DNA of 64,000 bases, taken from contig CABMCD010000027.1 in NCBI GenBank assembly GCA_902384555.1, positions 25,067 through 89,066 of the forward strand. Reading direction: 5' to 3'. This document shows positions 47,357 to 56,936 of this stretch, piece by piece. Under the pieces are notes generated by a model. It made no database searches. It was given only the letters and a program-made list of their open reading frames with translations, and was not told where the DNA came from. Position 1 is the stretch's first letter. Every line of letters starts with the position of its first letter. This stretch comes from an uncultured archaeon. Lineage in GTDB: Archaea; Micrarchaeota; Micrarchaeia; Anstonellales; Anstonellaceae. The position numbers were made by a program, and so were the translations under genes.

Positions 47357-49621
47357 ATGGCCAAAATCCTCATCACCTCGGCGCTTCCCTATGTCAATAA
47401 TGTGCCCCATTTGGGCAACCTGATCGGGTGCGTGCTTTCCGCGGACGTGTTCGCCCGCTTCTGCCGCTCGCGTGGCTATGAGACGCTCTATATCTGCGGC
47501 ACCGATGAATACGGCACCGCCACCGAAGCCAAAGCGATTGAGGAGGGCGTAAGCCCCCGCGAGATTTGCGACAAGTACTTCAAAATCCACAAATCCATTT
47601 ACGAGTGGTTCAACATCTCTACGAACCGCTTTGGCCGCACGTCCGACCCGATTCATGTCCAGCATACGCAGGACATCTTTTTGGAATTGCACAAGAACGG
47701 GATGCTGCTGGAAAAGGAGGTCGAGCAGCCCTATGACCAGAAGGTGGGGCTTTTCTTGGCCGACCGGTTTGTGACCGGCATCTGCCCCCACTGCGGCTCG
47801 AAAGACGCGCGCGCCGACCAGTGCGACAAGTGCGGCAAATTATTGACCTATTCGGAATTGGGGGAGCCCAGAAGCAAACTGACGGGCACCACGCCGGTGC
47901 TGAAGAAAACCAAACACCTCTTTCTGGATTTGGCCCAAAGCCAGCCTCGCTTGGAAAAGTGGATTGACGGCATTGAGAAAGAGGGGCGCTGGTCGGCCAA
48001 CACCTTGGCGATTGCCCGCTCGTGGCTGAAAGAGGGCTTGCAGGCGCGCTCGATTACGCGGGATTTGAAGTGGGGCGTGCCGGTGCCGCTTAAGGGTTGG
48101 GAAAACAAAGTGCTTTATGTGTGGTTTGACGCCCCGATTGGATATGTGTCGATTACGGCCGGACTGACCGACAAATGGAAAGAGTGGTGGTTGGCTGGAA
48201 ACGAGGCGCCTGGCTCGCCGTCTGAAGTGCGCCATTACGAGTTCATCGGCAAGGACAACGTGCCCTTCCATGCGATTATCTTCCCGGCCATGCTTATGGG
48301 CACCCGGCAGCCCTGGACGCTTCCCCACTACATTTCATCTACCGAATTCCTCAACTATGAGGACGGCAAGTTCTCCAAAAGCAAGGGCGTGGGCGTGTTC
48401 GGCAATGACGCGGTGGAGAGCGGCATTCCGGCGGACGTGTGGCGCTATTATTTGCTGGCCACGCGCCCGGAGTCGGCGGACGCCACCTTCTCGTGGGACG
48501 AATTCGGCACGAGGCTGAACAAGGAACTGCTGGGCAACTGGGGCAATCTGGTGAACCGCACGCTGGTGTTCCTGACGCAGAATTACGAGGGCGTGGTTCC
48601 GGCTCCGGAGGAGTTGAGCGAGGAGGACGAGGCGTTTCTGGCCGATGTGAAAATCAGATTGGAGAGGGAGGCCGATTTGCTGGAAAAAGTGCAAATCCGC
48701 GCCGCCGTTCAGGAGTTCATGGGGGCCGCTTCGGCCGCCAATGCCTATTTGCAGGCGCAGGCGCCCTGGAAGAGCGTGCGCGAGAACCCCAAGCGGGCGG
48801 CTGCGGCGCTGTATTGTTTAGCGAATGTAATCCATGATTTGGCCATTGCCTCCGAGCCGTTCTTGCCTTCCTCTTCAGCCAGCGTGGCGAGGCAGTTGGG
48901 CGTGAAATTGGGCACGTGGAAAGATATTGGCCAGCGCCAGGTGGCGGGCGGGCACCATATCGGGCCGGCCGAGCATTTGTACAAGCCGCTGGACACGAAG
49001 GCGCTGGCGGGTTTCAGGGAGAAATACGCCGGAAGGCAGAAGAAAGAGGGAGAGGAAAAAGGCGGCAAAACCCCCGGCTCGAAAACCCCGGGCTCCTCCC
49101 CGGCTTCGGCCCCGAAAAAATCGGCTCCGGCAGCCCCGGTTGCCCCCCTTTCTCTTGAAAATCTGCAATTGGAAGTCGGGCTCATCGAATCGGTGGAGCG
49201 CCACCCCAATGCCGAGAAGCTGTATGTGGAAAAAATCATTCTCGCAAACGGCGAAATCCGCACCATCTGCTCCGGACTGGTTCCCTACATGAAGGAAGAG
49301 GAGCTGGAGGGACGCGCGTGCGTGGTGGTCAAGAATTTGAAGCCCGCCAAATTGAGGGGCGTGGAGAGCGCCGGCATGATTTTGGTGGCCGAGGAGGAGG
49401 GCGGGAAATTGGAGCTGATTATGCCCCCCGCCCCGGCCGGCACGCCGGTGCAGTTCAAGGGCATCACGCCAAATAGCCAGCCCCCGGCCATTTCGATTGA
49501 CGAGTTCTTTACGGTGCAGCTTACCGTGAAGAAGGGGGCCGTGTATGCCAACGGGCACGAACTGCTGGTGGACGGCCATGCGCTCAAAGTGCAGAAAGTG
49601 AGCGAGGGGAAAGTGAGTTAG
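47357..49621 (+). CDS. metG: methionine--tRNA ligase with C-terminal tRNA-binding (EMAP/Trbp111-like) domain
   Basis: PYVNNVPHLGN (HIGH-like), zinc knuckle CPHCGS...CDKCG, KFSKS (KMSKS) and a C-terminal OB-fold appendix. Confidence 0.9.
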   Translation: MAKILITSALPYVNNVPHLGNLIGCVLSADVFARFCRSRGYETLYICGTDEYGTATEAKAIEEGVSPREICDKYFKIHKSIYEWFNISTNRFGRTSDPIHVQHTQDIFLELHKNGMLLEKEVEQPYDQKVGLFLADRFVTGICPHCGSKDARADQCDKCGKLLTYSELGEPRSKLTGTTPVLKKTKHLFLDLAQSQPRLEKWIDGIEKEGRWSANTLAIARSWLKEGLQARSITRDLKWGVPVPLKGWENKVLYVWFDAPIGYVSITAGLTDKWKEWWLAGNEAPGSPSEVRHYEFIGKDNVPFHAIIFPAMLMGTRQPWTLPHYISSTEFLNYEDGKFSKSKGVGVFGNDAVESGIPADVWRYYLLATRPESADATFSWDEFGTRLNKELLGNWGNLVNRTLVFLTQNYEGVVPAPEELSEEDEAFLADVKIRLEREADLLEKVQIRAAVQEFMGAASAANAYLQAQAPWKSVRENPKRAAAALYCLANVIHDLAIASEPFLPSSSASVARQLGVKLGTWKDIGQRQVAGGHHIGPAEHLYKPLDTKALAGFREKYAGRQKKEGEEKGGKTPGSKTPGSSPASAPKKSAPAAPVAPLSLENLQLEVGLIESVERHPNAEKLYVEKIILANGEIRTICSGLVPYMKEEELEGRACVVVKNLKPAKLRGVESAGMILVAEEEGGKLELIMPPAPAGTPVQFKGITPNSQPPAISIDEFFTVQLTVKKGAVYANGHELLVDGHALKVQKVSEGKVS

Positions 49622-49652
49622 GGCAGAGAGGAGAGCAGAGGCCGGACGGCCT

Positions 49653-50870
49653 TCAGTGCACGGCTGCCATCGCTTCCCCGGCATCTGACTTGGAATCCGG
49701 CACCCCCTTGAGCTTGGGCCGGGCGAAGAGCACGAAGAAGAGCGCATAGCTCAGGATGACGGCCGCCATGGCGAGGAAGGGATAGCGGTGGTCGATGCCA
49801 TAGAGCGCGCCGCCCACCAGCGGGCCGACCAGCTGGCCGGAGGACTGGAAGGAGGACACCAGCCCCATCACGCCGCCCCTTTTTCCGCCCACTTTCTTGC
49901 TGATGAGCGAATTCACGGACGGGAACACCAGCGCGTTGCCGGAGATGAAGATGGCGATGGGGATGAGGATGGTGAGCCAGTCGTGGGTGAAGGCGAGGAG
50001 CAAAAAGCCGCTGCCCGAGAGGGCGAGGCCGGCCGGGATGGAGACCAGCTCGCCGTATTTGGAAATGAGGTAGTCGCCCGCGAACTGCATCAGCAGCACC
50101 AGCACGCCGATGTAGGTGAAGAGCAGGCCGATTTGGGCCGAGCCGAAGCCCATGCGCTCGGAGGTGAAGAGGGCGAGGGTGGCGTCGAGGCCGCCGAACA
50201 TGAAGGCCACCATGAAGGTGCCCATGAAAAGGAAGAGCAGCGGCGAGGCAAGGTGGGACAGCAGGCCGGCCTCCTGCGCCACGATGTCGCGGCCGGAGGG
50301 CTTGGCGGGCGGCTCCTGAACAAAGCGCCAGACGCACAAGAAGTTGATGGCGGCCATGACGGCGGAAAGCAGGAAGGCGGCCTGCACCGAGATGCCGGCC
50401 GCGAGGCCGCCGAAGGCCGGGCCCATGATGAGGCCGAGCGAGAAGGCCATCGACACCATGTTCATGGCCCGCGAGCGCTGCGCCTCGGTGGTGAAGTCGG
50501 CGAGCAGGGAGAGGCAGGCGGGGAAGATGGCGGCGGCCGAGATGCCCTCGATTGCGCGGCCCACGAAGGCCATTTCAAGCGAGTTGGTGGCCGCAAAAAG
50601 CAGGTAGCCGAAAGCAAAGCCGGCCGTGCCGATGAGCAGGATGCGCTTGCGCCCCCAGCGGTCGGCCAGCTTGCCCATGAGGGGGGAGAAGAGCAGGCTC
50701 ATGGCCGCGAAGGTGGCGGTCAGCATCCCAAGCTCGGCCGGTTTGGCGCCGTGCGCGAGGGCGTAGAAGGGGAGGATGGGCAGGATGACGCCGAAGCCGA
50801 AGGCTACCATGAAGAGCGTGAAGAGCGTGGCGATGACGCCGGGGGTGGCGAGGATATCCTTGAACGACAT
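49653..50870 (-). CDS. MFS transporter
   Basis: 12 TM segments. Start at MSFKDILATP (ATG 50870) because the longer ORF would overlap the tRNA-Cys. Confidence 0.7.
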   Translation of the reverse strand: MSFKDILATPGVIATLFTLFMVAFGFGVILPILPFYALAHGAKPAELGMLTATFAAMSLLFSPLMGKLADRWGRKRILLIGTAGFAFGYLLFAATNSLEMAFVGRAIEGISAAAIFPACLSLLADFTTEAQRSRAMNMVSMAFSLGLIMGPAFGGLAAGISVQAAFLLSAVMAAINFLCVWRFVQEPPAKPSGRDIVAQEAGLLSHLASPLLFLFMGTFMVAFMFGGLDATLALFTSERMGFGSAQIGLLFTYIGVLVLLMQFAGDYLISKYGELVSIPAGLALSGSGFLLLAFTHDWLTILIPIAIFISGNALVFPSVNSLISKKVGGKRGGVMGLVSSFQSSGQLVGPLVGGALYGIDHRYPFLAMAAVILSYALFFVLFARPKLKGVPDSKSDAGEAMAAVH

Positions 50871-50894
50871 GGCGTAGCCTCTAGGCATTTGCAA

Positions 50895-50965
50895 GCCGAG
50901 TGAGGGAATCGAACCCCCCTAATCCGCTCTGCAGGCGGATGCATAGCCTCTCTGCCAACTCGGCG
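50895..50965 (-). tRNA. tRNA-Cys (anticodon GCA)
   Basis: Hand-folded cloverleaf. Acceptor GCCGAGU/ACUCGGC, anticodon stem UCCGC/GCGGA with loop CUGCAGA, T-arm GGGGG-UUCGAUU-CCCUC and a 4-nt variable loop. 71 nt, CCA not encoded. Confidence 0.8.
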
Positions 50966-50987
50966 CCGTATGATTTCTATCCCCATC

Positions 50988-51005
50988 CTAACTTTATAAA
51001 GTTAG
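50988..51005. promoter_or_regulatory. perfectly palindromic TATA-like element (ctaactttataaagttag) between divergent tRNA-Cys and a membrane-protein gene
   Basis: 18-bp perfect palindrome centred ~31 nt from the tRNA 5' end and ~30 nt from the plus-strand ATG at 51026. Confidence 0.45.
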
Positions 51006-51025
51006 GGAGAGTGGGAACGGCCAGT

Positions 51026-51709
51026 ATGGACTCAAGCTTGCAGACGGCCTGGAACACCCTTTCCGCATTCTATTCGAGCGGGGAGAGCAGCCTGGGCGCC
51101 GAGACCATGCAGTCGCTCACCATCGCGGCGGGCGTGGTGGCCTATGCGTGGCTGGTCGGCAAATTCTACCACATCCTCTCGCACCGCGAGATTTTCCGCA
51201 TGCGACAGCGCATGCTGGCCGGCGAGGAGCTGCCCCCCGGATTTTTGGACTATCTGGCGCTCATACTCAAATACACGATTCTGTTTCCCCTGGTGGCCCT
51301 GAGCTGGACCGTCATCCTCACCGTGTCATTGACATTCCTCTCCAAGCTGCCGGCCCCCCAAATCGCCATCGTGTCGCTGGCCATGGTGGCGGCCACGCGC
51401 GTGCTGGCCTACCTCAACCAGCACACCTCCGAGGACGTGGCCAAGCTGCTGCCGCTGGTGCTGCTGGGCGTGGTGCTGGTGGACCCCGGCGCGTTCGATT
51501 CGGGTGCGCTTTTGGCGCGCTTGGGCGAGCTGCCCGGCCTGATTTGGAGGCTGGCGCCGGCATTCGGGACGCTTCTGCTGCTGGAGTGGGGCCTGCGCCT
51601 CGGCCTTTCGTTCAAGCGCATGCTCTTCCCTTCTGCCGAGGCGACGAGCGGGGACTCGGATTTGGACCGGCTGATGAAGCACTACCGGCCGCCCAAGGAA
51701 GAGGATTAG
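51026..51709 (+). CDS. integral membrane protein (hypothetical)
   Basis: Start at MDSSLQTAW. Five or six TM helices. The N-terminal extension in the ORF track overlaps the tRNA-Cys and is rejected. Confidence 0.5.
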   Translation: MDSSLQTAWNTLSAFYSSGESSLGAETMQSLTIAAGVVAYAWLVGKFYHILSHREIFRMRQRMLAGEELPPGFLDYLALILKYTILFPLVALSWTVILTVSLTFLSKLPAPQIAIVSLAMVAATRVLAYLNQHTSEDVAKLLPLVLLGVVLVDPGAFDSGALLARLGELPGLIWRLAPAFGTLLLLEWGLRLGLSFKRMLFPSAEATSGDSDLDRLMKHYRPPKEED

Positions 51710-51777
51710 GGCGGACCTAGAAAAAGCGGCCGGGGCGGATAAGGATATAAAGCGTCCCGGCGTAAAATACTTCATCT

Positions 51778-51900
51778 GCCCTGGTAGTCCAACCTGGATA
51801 GGACGCGAGCCTCCGAATGGCAAGTGCTACCTTAAGCACGAGTGCGAGTAGCCTGAATAGGTGAAAGCTCACGATCCGGGTTCAAATCCCGGCTGGGGCG
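51778..51900 (+). tRNA. intron-containing tRNA, probably tRNA-Arg (anticodon CCG)
   Basis: Acceptor GCCCUGG/CUGGGGC, D-arm GUCC-AACCUGGAUA-GGAC, anticodon loop CUCCGAA, T-arm CCGGG-UUCAAAU-CCCGG. ~49-nt insert 3' of the anticodon loop with an internal hairpin. TATA ggatataaag 26 nt upstream and a T7 tract downstream. The anticodon stem has one C-A mismatch as folded. Confidence 0.55.
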
Positions 51901-51915
51901 AAGCTTTTTTTCGCG
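51901..51915 (+). terminator. oligo-T terminator after the tRNA
   Basis: aagctttttttcg immediately 3' of the tRNA discriminator base. Confidence 0.5.
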
Positions 51916-51992
51916 GAGCGAAAAAAACCTTGGAAAAAGAACTATCGTCGGCAATGCCCGAATGATACTCGGGGGCGTTGAAAGAAAAAAAA

Positions 51993-52253
51993 TCAGCGCT
52001 TCTTGCCCTTCTTCTCCAGTTTGGCCACTTTGGTGCGCAGCTGGGCCACTTCCTTTTTGGAGGCAAAGGGCAGCTTGGCCATCTTGGCGTTGAGCAGCGC
52101 CATCAGCTTCTCATTCTGCCGGCGCATGGAGGAGAGGAGCGCCTTGGCTTCCTTGCCGGTCAGGTAACCCACCTTGACCGCGTGGGCGGCCATGTGCAGC
52201 GAATGGGCGGCCGTGCGCCCCGCTTTCAGGCTTTTTTTCAGGAATTTTCGCAT
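51993..52253 (-). CDS. small basic hypothetical protein (86 aa)
   Basis: Lys/Ala-rich, helical. Lies 10 nt downstream of the UbiB-like gene on the same strand. A poly-T tract (A-run on plus at 51975-51990) follows its stop. Confidence 0.4.
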   Translation of the reverse strand: MRKFLKKSLKAGRTAAHSLHMAAHAVKVGYLTGKEAKALLSSMRRQNEKLMALLNAKMAKLPFASKKEVAQLRTKVAKLEKKGKKR

Positions 52254-52263
52254 GTTTTCACCT

Positions 52264-53943
52264 CTACTGGCGGATAATCGATATGGTGAGCCAGAGGAAG
52301 AGCAGGGCGCTCAGGCCGAAACCCACGACCGAGAGGGGCAGGCCGAGGATGGCTGGCCCGCCGCCGACCGCGGCGGCCAGCATGGAGGAGCCCATGATGA
52401 GGGCGGCCGCGAGCAGCGCAACGGAGAGCTTGTTGCCGATGCGCTCCAAATCGCGGGTGAAGACGTCGAGATTCTTGTGCTCGAATTCCAGCTTGAGGCG
52501 GCCCGACTGCAGGGTGTGCACCAGATGGCGCAAATCGGATGGAAGGTCGTGGGCGAAGCGGCTGAAGTCGATGAGGTATTCGCCCAGCAGGGCCGAGACG
52601 CTCTTGAGTTTCGGCGTGCGGCGGACGACCGCCTGCTCGGCGTAGGGGGTCAGCACCGCCAGCACGTTGAAGCGCGGGTCGAGGCGCACCGCGTCGCCCT
52701 CGATGATGAGCATCGAGCGGCCCAGCATCACGAACTCGCGCGGCACGCGCAGGTGGTGGCGGCGCATCAGCTCAATGAGGCGGGAGAAGAGGGCGCCGAT
52801 GTCCAGCTCGGCCAGCTCGGCCCCGTAATAGGATTCCATCAGGTCGAGCACGTCGTAGCGCAGGACGCGCCGGTCGACGTTCTCGTCGAGGAGGTTCATG
52901 TAGTCGAACTGGCGCAGCAGGCCGTCCACGTCGTAGCGGATGATGAGGGCGAAGCAGTGCATGAGGTCGGTCATCAGCGCCGGCTCGATGCGGCCCACCA
53001 TGCCGAAGTCCAAAAAGCAGATGCGGTTTTTGGGCAGCAGCAGGATGTTGCTGGGGTGCGGGTCGGCGTGGAAGAGGCCGCTCACCATCACCTGGCGGAA
53101 GTAGGCGTCCACGAGGCGGCGGGCCACGAGGCGCTTGTTGAGATGGCGCACGGTCTTGCGGGCGGAGAAGATGTCCTGCAGCGAGGGGGCGTGCACATAC
53201 TCCATCACCAGCACCTGCTCGCTGCAAAGCCCGGCGTGCACGCGCGGGATGTGGATGGCGGAATCGGACTTGAAGAACTCGGCGAACTGCTGCGCATAGC
53301 GGACTTCGCGGCGGTAGTCCAGCTCGCGATTGATGGCGCGCTCGAACTCGGTGATGATGGAGGGCAGGTGGATGCTGCGCGACTCGGGGGAATGGGCCGA
53401 GAGCTGGGAGGCCAAAAAGCGCATGATTTGCACGTCCTCGCGCACCTGCTCCACGATGCGGGGGCGGCGGACCTTGACCACCACCTCCTCGCCGCTCTTG
53501 AGGACGGCGCGGTGCACCTGCCCGATAGAGGCCGAGGCGAAGGGCTTTTTGTCAAAGGACTTGAAGAGCGCCGGGATGGGCTTGCCCAAATCGGACTCGA
53601 TAATCCCCTTCACCTCCTCGTAGGGGAAGGGCGGGACCTTGTCCTGCAGTTTGGAGAGCTCCTCGGAGAATTCGGAGCCCACCAAATCGGGGCGGGTGGA
53701 GAGGATTTGGCCGAACTTGATGAAGGTGGGGCCCAGCTGCGCCAGCACCTCGCGCGAGCGGACCGGCAGGTCGACTTCGGAGAGGTCGGGCTCGGTGGTG
53801 GAAAGCCGGTCGAGGAGGGGCAGCTGGTGCGAGAGGCGCATGCGCGCCACCATATAGCCAAAACCCGAAGAGGCCAATACCGCGAGGATTTCGCGCAGGC
53901 GCTGCGCCGAGCGCGTTTTGGCTCCTATCCCGAACGGGTCCAT
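52264..53943 (-). CDS. ABC1/UbiB-family atypical protein kinase
   Basis: ASASIGQVHRAVL, HADPHPSNILL and ICFLDFGMVGRIEP motifs. Two C-terminal TM helices. Start at MDPFGIG (ATG 53943). Confidence 0.8.
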   Translation of the reverse strand: MDPFGIGAKTRSAQRLREILAVLASSGFGYMVARMRLSHQLPLLDRLSTTEPDLSEVDLPVRSREVLAQLGPTFIKFGQILSTRPDLVGSEFSEELSKLQDKVPPFPYEEVKGIIESDLGKPIPALFKSFDKKPFASASIGQVHRAVLKSGEEVVVKVRRPRIVEQVREDVQIMRFLASQLSAHSPESRSIHLPSIITEFERAINRELDYRREVRYAQQFAEFFKSDSAIHIPRVHAGLCSEQVLVMEYVHAPSLQDIFSARKTVRHLNKRLVARRLVDAYFRQVMVSGLFHADPHPSNILLLPKNRICFLDFGMVGRIEPALMTDLMHCFALIIRYDVDGLLRQFDYMNLLDENVDRRVLRYDVLDLMESYYGAELAELDIGALFSRLIELMRRHHLRVPREFVMLGRSMLIIEGDAVRLDPRFNVLAVLTPYAEQAVVRRTPKLKSVSALLGEYLIDFSRFAHDLPSDLRHLVHTLQSGRLKLEFEHKNLDVFTRDLERIGNKLSVALLAAALIMGSSMLAAAVGGGPAILGLPLSVVGFGLSALLFLWLTISIIRQ

Positions 53944-54055
53944 AGGGAGGACAAGGACGAGGAGGTTAAAAATCCGCTGGCTTGAGGGGAGATGGAAAAG
54001 GGGTCCGAGAGGAGAGGTGGAAAGGAGGAGGGCGGGGGCCGCTTGGGCTTGATTT

Positions 54056-54412
54056 TCATTTTTTATGGATATGCTCGGCCAGCACTTGCTTGAATTCCGG
54101 GCTGGAGACAAAGTAGCGGACCAAGCTCTTCACCGGGGCCTGGCTGGAGGGGTTGTCTTTATCGAAAGCGATGGCGGTCTGGCCGTCGACTTTCTTGAAA
54201 TGGGAGAGGCCGTCGCCCGCATTTTGCATGAAAAATTTCACCCAGTCATTGGTGCTGGCGGGCGGCGGTGAAGAGGACAGGCGGGGGATGATGGAGCTTT
54301 CGGTGATTTTGATAAGCTGGGGAAGATTGGCTTGGACAAGGCTTGCGCGGTTGTGGATGCGGCTGTTGGTGGAAATGATGATTTTCCGGATATAGGGCGA
54401 AGCTTCGCGCAT
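54056..54412 (-). CDS. hypothetical protein (weak)
   Basis: 118-aa ORF between the reductase and kinase genes. N-terminal part is low-complexity, so the true start may be the internal MQNAGDG. Confidence 0.25.
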   Translation of the reverse strand: MREASPYIRKIIISTNSRIHNRASLVQANLPQLIKITESSIIPRLSSSPPPASTNDWVKFFMQNAGDGLSHFKKVDGQTAIAFDKDNPSSQAPVKSLVRYFVSSPEFKQVLAEHIHKK

Positions 54413-54423
54413 GAAATCATCTT

Positions 54424-55707
54424 TTAGGGCAGCAGCAGCTTGAGGTAAAAGAGCGGGTCGGCCACCTGCTCTTTTTTCTCATCCGAGCCCAGCATGTCGA
54501 TAATCATCTGCCGGAAAGCCGGCTTGCTGGCCGCCTTGCCGATGAAGAGGTTGAGCAAGAATTTGCTGCGCGAAGCCTGCTGCAGCTTGTAGGAAGTCTG
54601 CATTTCGGGCCGAAGAAGCGATTCCACGGAAGACGTGTAGTGCGCGAGCGCGGATGCCGAAAGAGGCGCATCGCCGGCCTCCTTTCCCAGCGCCGCGTCA
54701 ATCGCTTGGGCCGCGAGGCGGCCGGAGGAGAGGGCGTTTCCTACGCCCTCGCCGGAGAAGGGGTCCACCAGAGAAGCGGCATCGCCGACCAGCACCCAGC
54801 CGGGGCCGGAGGAGGCGCGCACATAGGAGCCGTTGGGAATGGTCCAGGCGCCGATTGAGCCCTCCAGTTTCGCATTTGAAAAGCGGGCGGCGAGCTGGGG
54901 GTGCTGGGCGATGGCGTCGGTCAGCACCTTGTTGGGGTGCTTGCTGCGCTTTTTCACGTCGGATACCAGAATGCCCAAGCCCACGTTGGCGGTGCCGTCG
55001 CCCATGGGGAACACCCATAGATAGCCGGGCAGCACCTGGTCGATGAAGAAAAGCTCGATGTGGTCGCTAAGGCCGGCCACGCCGCTCCAATAGCCGCGAA
55101 TCGCCATGAAGGTGTGCTCGGGCGGCACGGGGGGAAGCGAGAGCGAGCGGGCGATGACCGAGCCGGAGCCGTCGGCCCCCACCAGCACGCGGGCGCGGTA
55201 GGTGCGCTCGTGGTTGAGAGGGGGAGCGGCCGTGGCGCGGTCGGCATCGCAGCCGCTGACGCCGCACACATTCCCCTGCGCATCGCGCTCGAGGGAGCGG
55301 ACGGCAAAATTTTCAATCAGCGTAATGGTGGGCTCGGATTTGGCCGCCTGCTGCAGAATGGAGTCGGTGGATTGGCGGCGCAGGCAGTAGCCGGCGCAGT
55401 CCAAATCCCGCGCATTGGGGAATGGCACGCGCACCTCCTTGCCGGACGGGGCCACCATCATCAGGCCGTTGATGACGCCGTGCGCCGGCTTGGTGAGCTG
55501 GGAGAGCAAATCCAGCTCGCGCAGCACGCCAATCGACTTGCCCGACACGGCGTCGCCGCACACCTTCTCGCGCGGCAGGCGGGCCTTGTCCAGCAGCAGC
55601 ACCTGATGCCCCGCGCGGGCGAGGAAAAGGGCGGTTGAGCAGCCGGAGGGGCCGGCGCCGACCACGATGGCGTCATATAGAATGTCGGCTGAGGCGGAGG
55701 AATTCAT
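54424..55707 (-). CDS. FAD-dependent geranylgeranyl reductase family protein
   Basis: YDAIVVGAGPSGCSTA Rossmann motif, GDAVSG, GDAASLVDPFSGEG. Start at MNSSASADILYD (ATG 55707). Confidence 0.8.
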   Translation of the reverse strand: MNSSASADILYDAIVVGAGPSGCSTALFLARAGHQVLLLDKARLPREKVCGDAVSGKSIGVLRELDLLSQLTKPAHGVINGLMMVAPSGKEVRVPFPNARDLDCAGYCLRRQSTDSILQQAAKSEPTITLIENFAVRSLERDAQGNVCGVSGCDADRATAAPPLNHERTYRARVLVGADGSGSVIARSLSLPPVPPEHTFMAIRGYWSGVAGLSDHIELFFIDQVLPGYLWVFPMGDGTANVGLGILVSDVKKRSKHPNKVLTDAIAQHPQLAARFSNAKLEGSIGAWTIPNGSYVRASSGPGWVLVGDAASLVDPFSGEGVGNALSSGRLAAQAIDAALGKEAGDAPLSASALAHYTSSVESLLRPEMQTSYKLQQASRSKFLLNLFIGKAASKPAFRQMIIDMLGSDEKKEQVADPLFYLKLLLP

Positions 55708-55799
55708 CAAAATGACCGATAATAGGAGGGATGCAAAAAATAAATACCCGCGCATCGCGGCCCATGATGAATAATAAGCCTCTGCACGCATAGAGAGGC

Positions 55800-56933
55800 A
55801 TGGAACCGACGACCGAGGGGGGAAACCCCCCCAGCCGCCAAGCGATAATGGAGCGCCTGTGGAAGATGCCGCCCCGCCCGCTGGCGCGGGGGGCGTGGCT
55901 GTGGTGGTTTTGGCTGTTTTTCATCCATGACGAGCAGACGCACAAGACGGGCAAATGCCGCCAAATCATGATTTTATGGTCGGTCAAGCCCGAGCGGCGC
56001 ATCAGCTGCAACGGCCTGGAATTGGGCGTCCCCAAGCCCGTGAGCGGGGGGGAGGGCCGCTGGGAGCTGCAGGGGGCGGCGGCGGCGTGGTATTATGACG
56101 GCCAGCGCATGCACGAGAATTTCGTGCTGGAGCCCAGCAAAATGAGACTGGATGCGCGGGAGCGCAGTTTGGAGGCGCCGGGAAAAACGCCCAGCAAATT
56201 CTGGCAAGAGGGTGAAGAATTCATCACAAGCATTCAGGCACAAGGCATTGAGTTCGAGCTGAGGGCCAAACAGACGGATTTCAGCCCGGTGCTGGGACCG
56301 ACGGAGGGAAGCTCGCCCATGCCGCTGGGCATGGAAGTGGCCGGCACGCGTTTGGAGCGCATGGAATTGGGCGGATGGGAGAAGGGGGCGGACGGCAAGC
56401 GCAGGAAGATTGTGGGAACGGCGTATTTGCAGAAAATCCTCCTGGCCGCCCCGCCGCCGCAGTGGTATTGGGGGATTTACCATTTCGCGGACGGCAGCAT
56501 GGCCACCTATATGCAGGCTTATGCCGGGCGGGCCATGCTGGCCGACAACATGTGGCCGCACCGCAAATTGAGAAAGCCAAGCGTGTCGCTCAAAGAGGAC
56601 ATGCTGGTGTATCATGCCCCAAGCGGGCGGGTGTTCGAGGGGCATCAGCTGACGGTGAAGCCGCGCGAGGGACGGGAAAAGAACTGCTGGGCGCACGCGC
56701 TGCATGCGCGGGGGCCGGACTTCGAGCTGGAGGGCGAGGCGGAAGGCTATGCACACGCCTGCTGGTCGTTCAAAAAGCCGCTGGGCGGGCATTTGCCGGC
56801 CTGGAGCACCTTCCGCTACAACGAGTACCCCTCCGTGCTCAAGCGCCTGCGCATCAAAACAGCGGACGGGGAGAGCATGGTGCTGGAAAACGGTTGGGGC
56901 AATATGGAAAACGCGTGGGGATTCATCCTCTAG
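55800..56933 (+). CDS. Trp-rich hypothetical protein
   Basis: 377 aa, balanced composition. AT-rich promoter-like block (aaaaataaata) ~55 nt upstream, shared divergently with the reductase gene. No confident motif. Confidence 0.5.
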   Translation: MEPTTEGGNPPSRQAIMERLWKMPPRPLARGAWLWWFWLFFIHDEQTHKTGKCRQIMILWSVKPERRISCNGLELGVPKPVSGGEGRWELQGAAAAWYYDGQRMHENFVLEPSKMRLDARERSLEAPGKTPSKFWQEGEEFITSIQAQGIEFELRAKQTDFSPVLGPTEGSSPMPLGMEVAGTRLERMELGGWEKGADGKRRKIVGTAYLQKILLAAPPPQWYWGIYHFADGSMATYMQAYAGRAMLADNMWPHRKLRKPSVSLKEDMLVYHAPSGRVFEGHQLTVKPREGREKNCWAHALHARGPDFELEGEAEGYAHACWSFKKPLGGHLPAWSTFRYNEYPSVLKRLRIKTADGESMVLENGWGNMENAWGFIL

Positions 56934-56936
56934 GCG

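Noticed and set aside
50900-51025. N-terminal 42 codons of ORF 50900..51709
   Set aside because: Overlaps the tRNA-Cys gene on the opposite strand. The internal ATG 51026 sits correctly downstream of the palindromic TATA.
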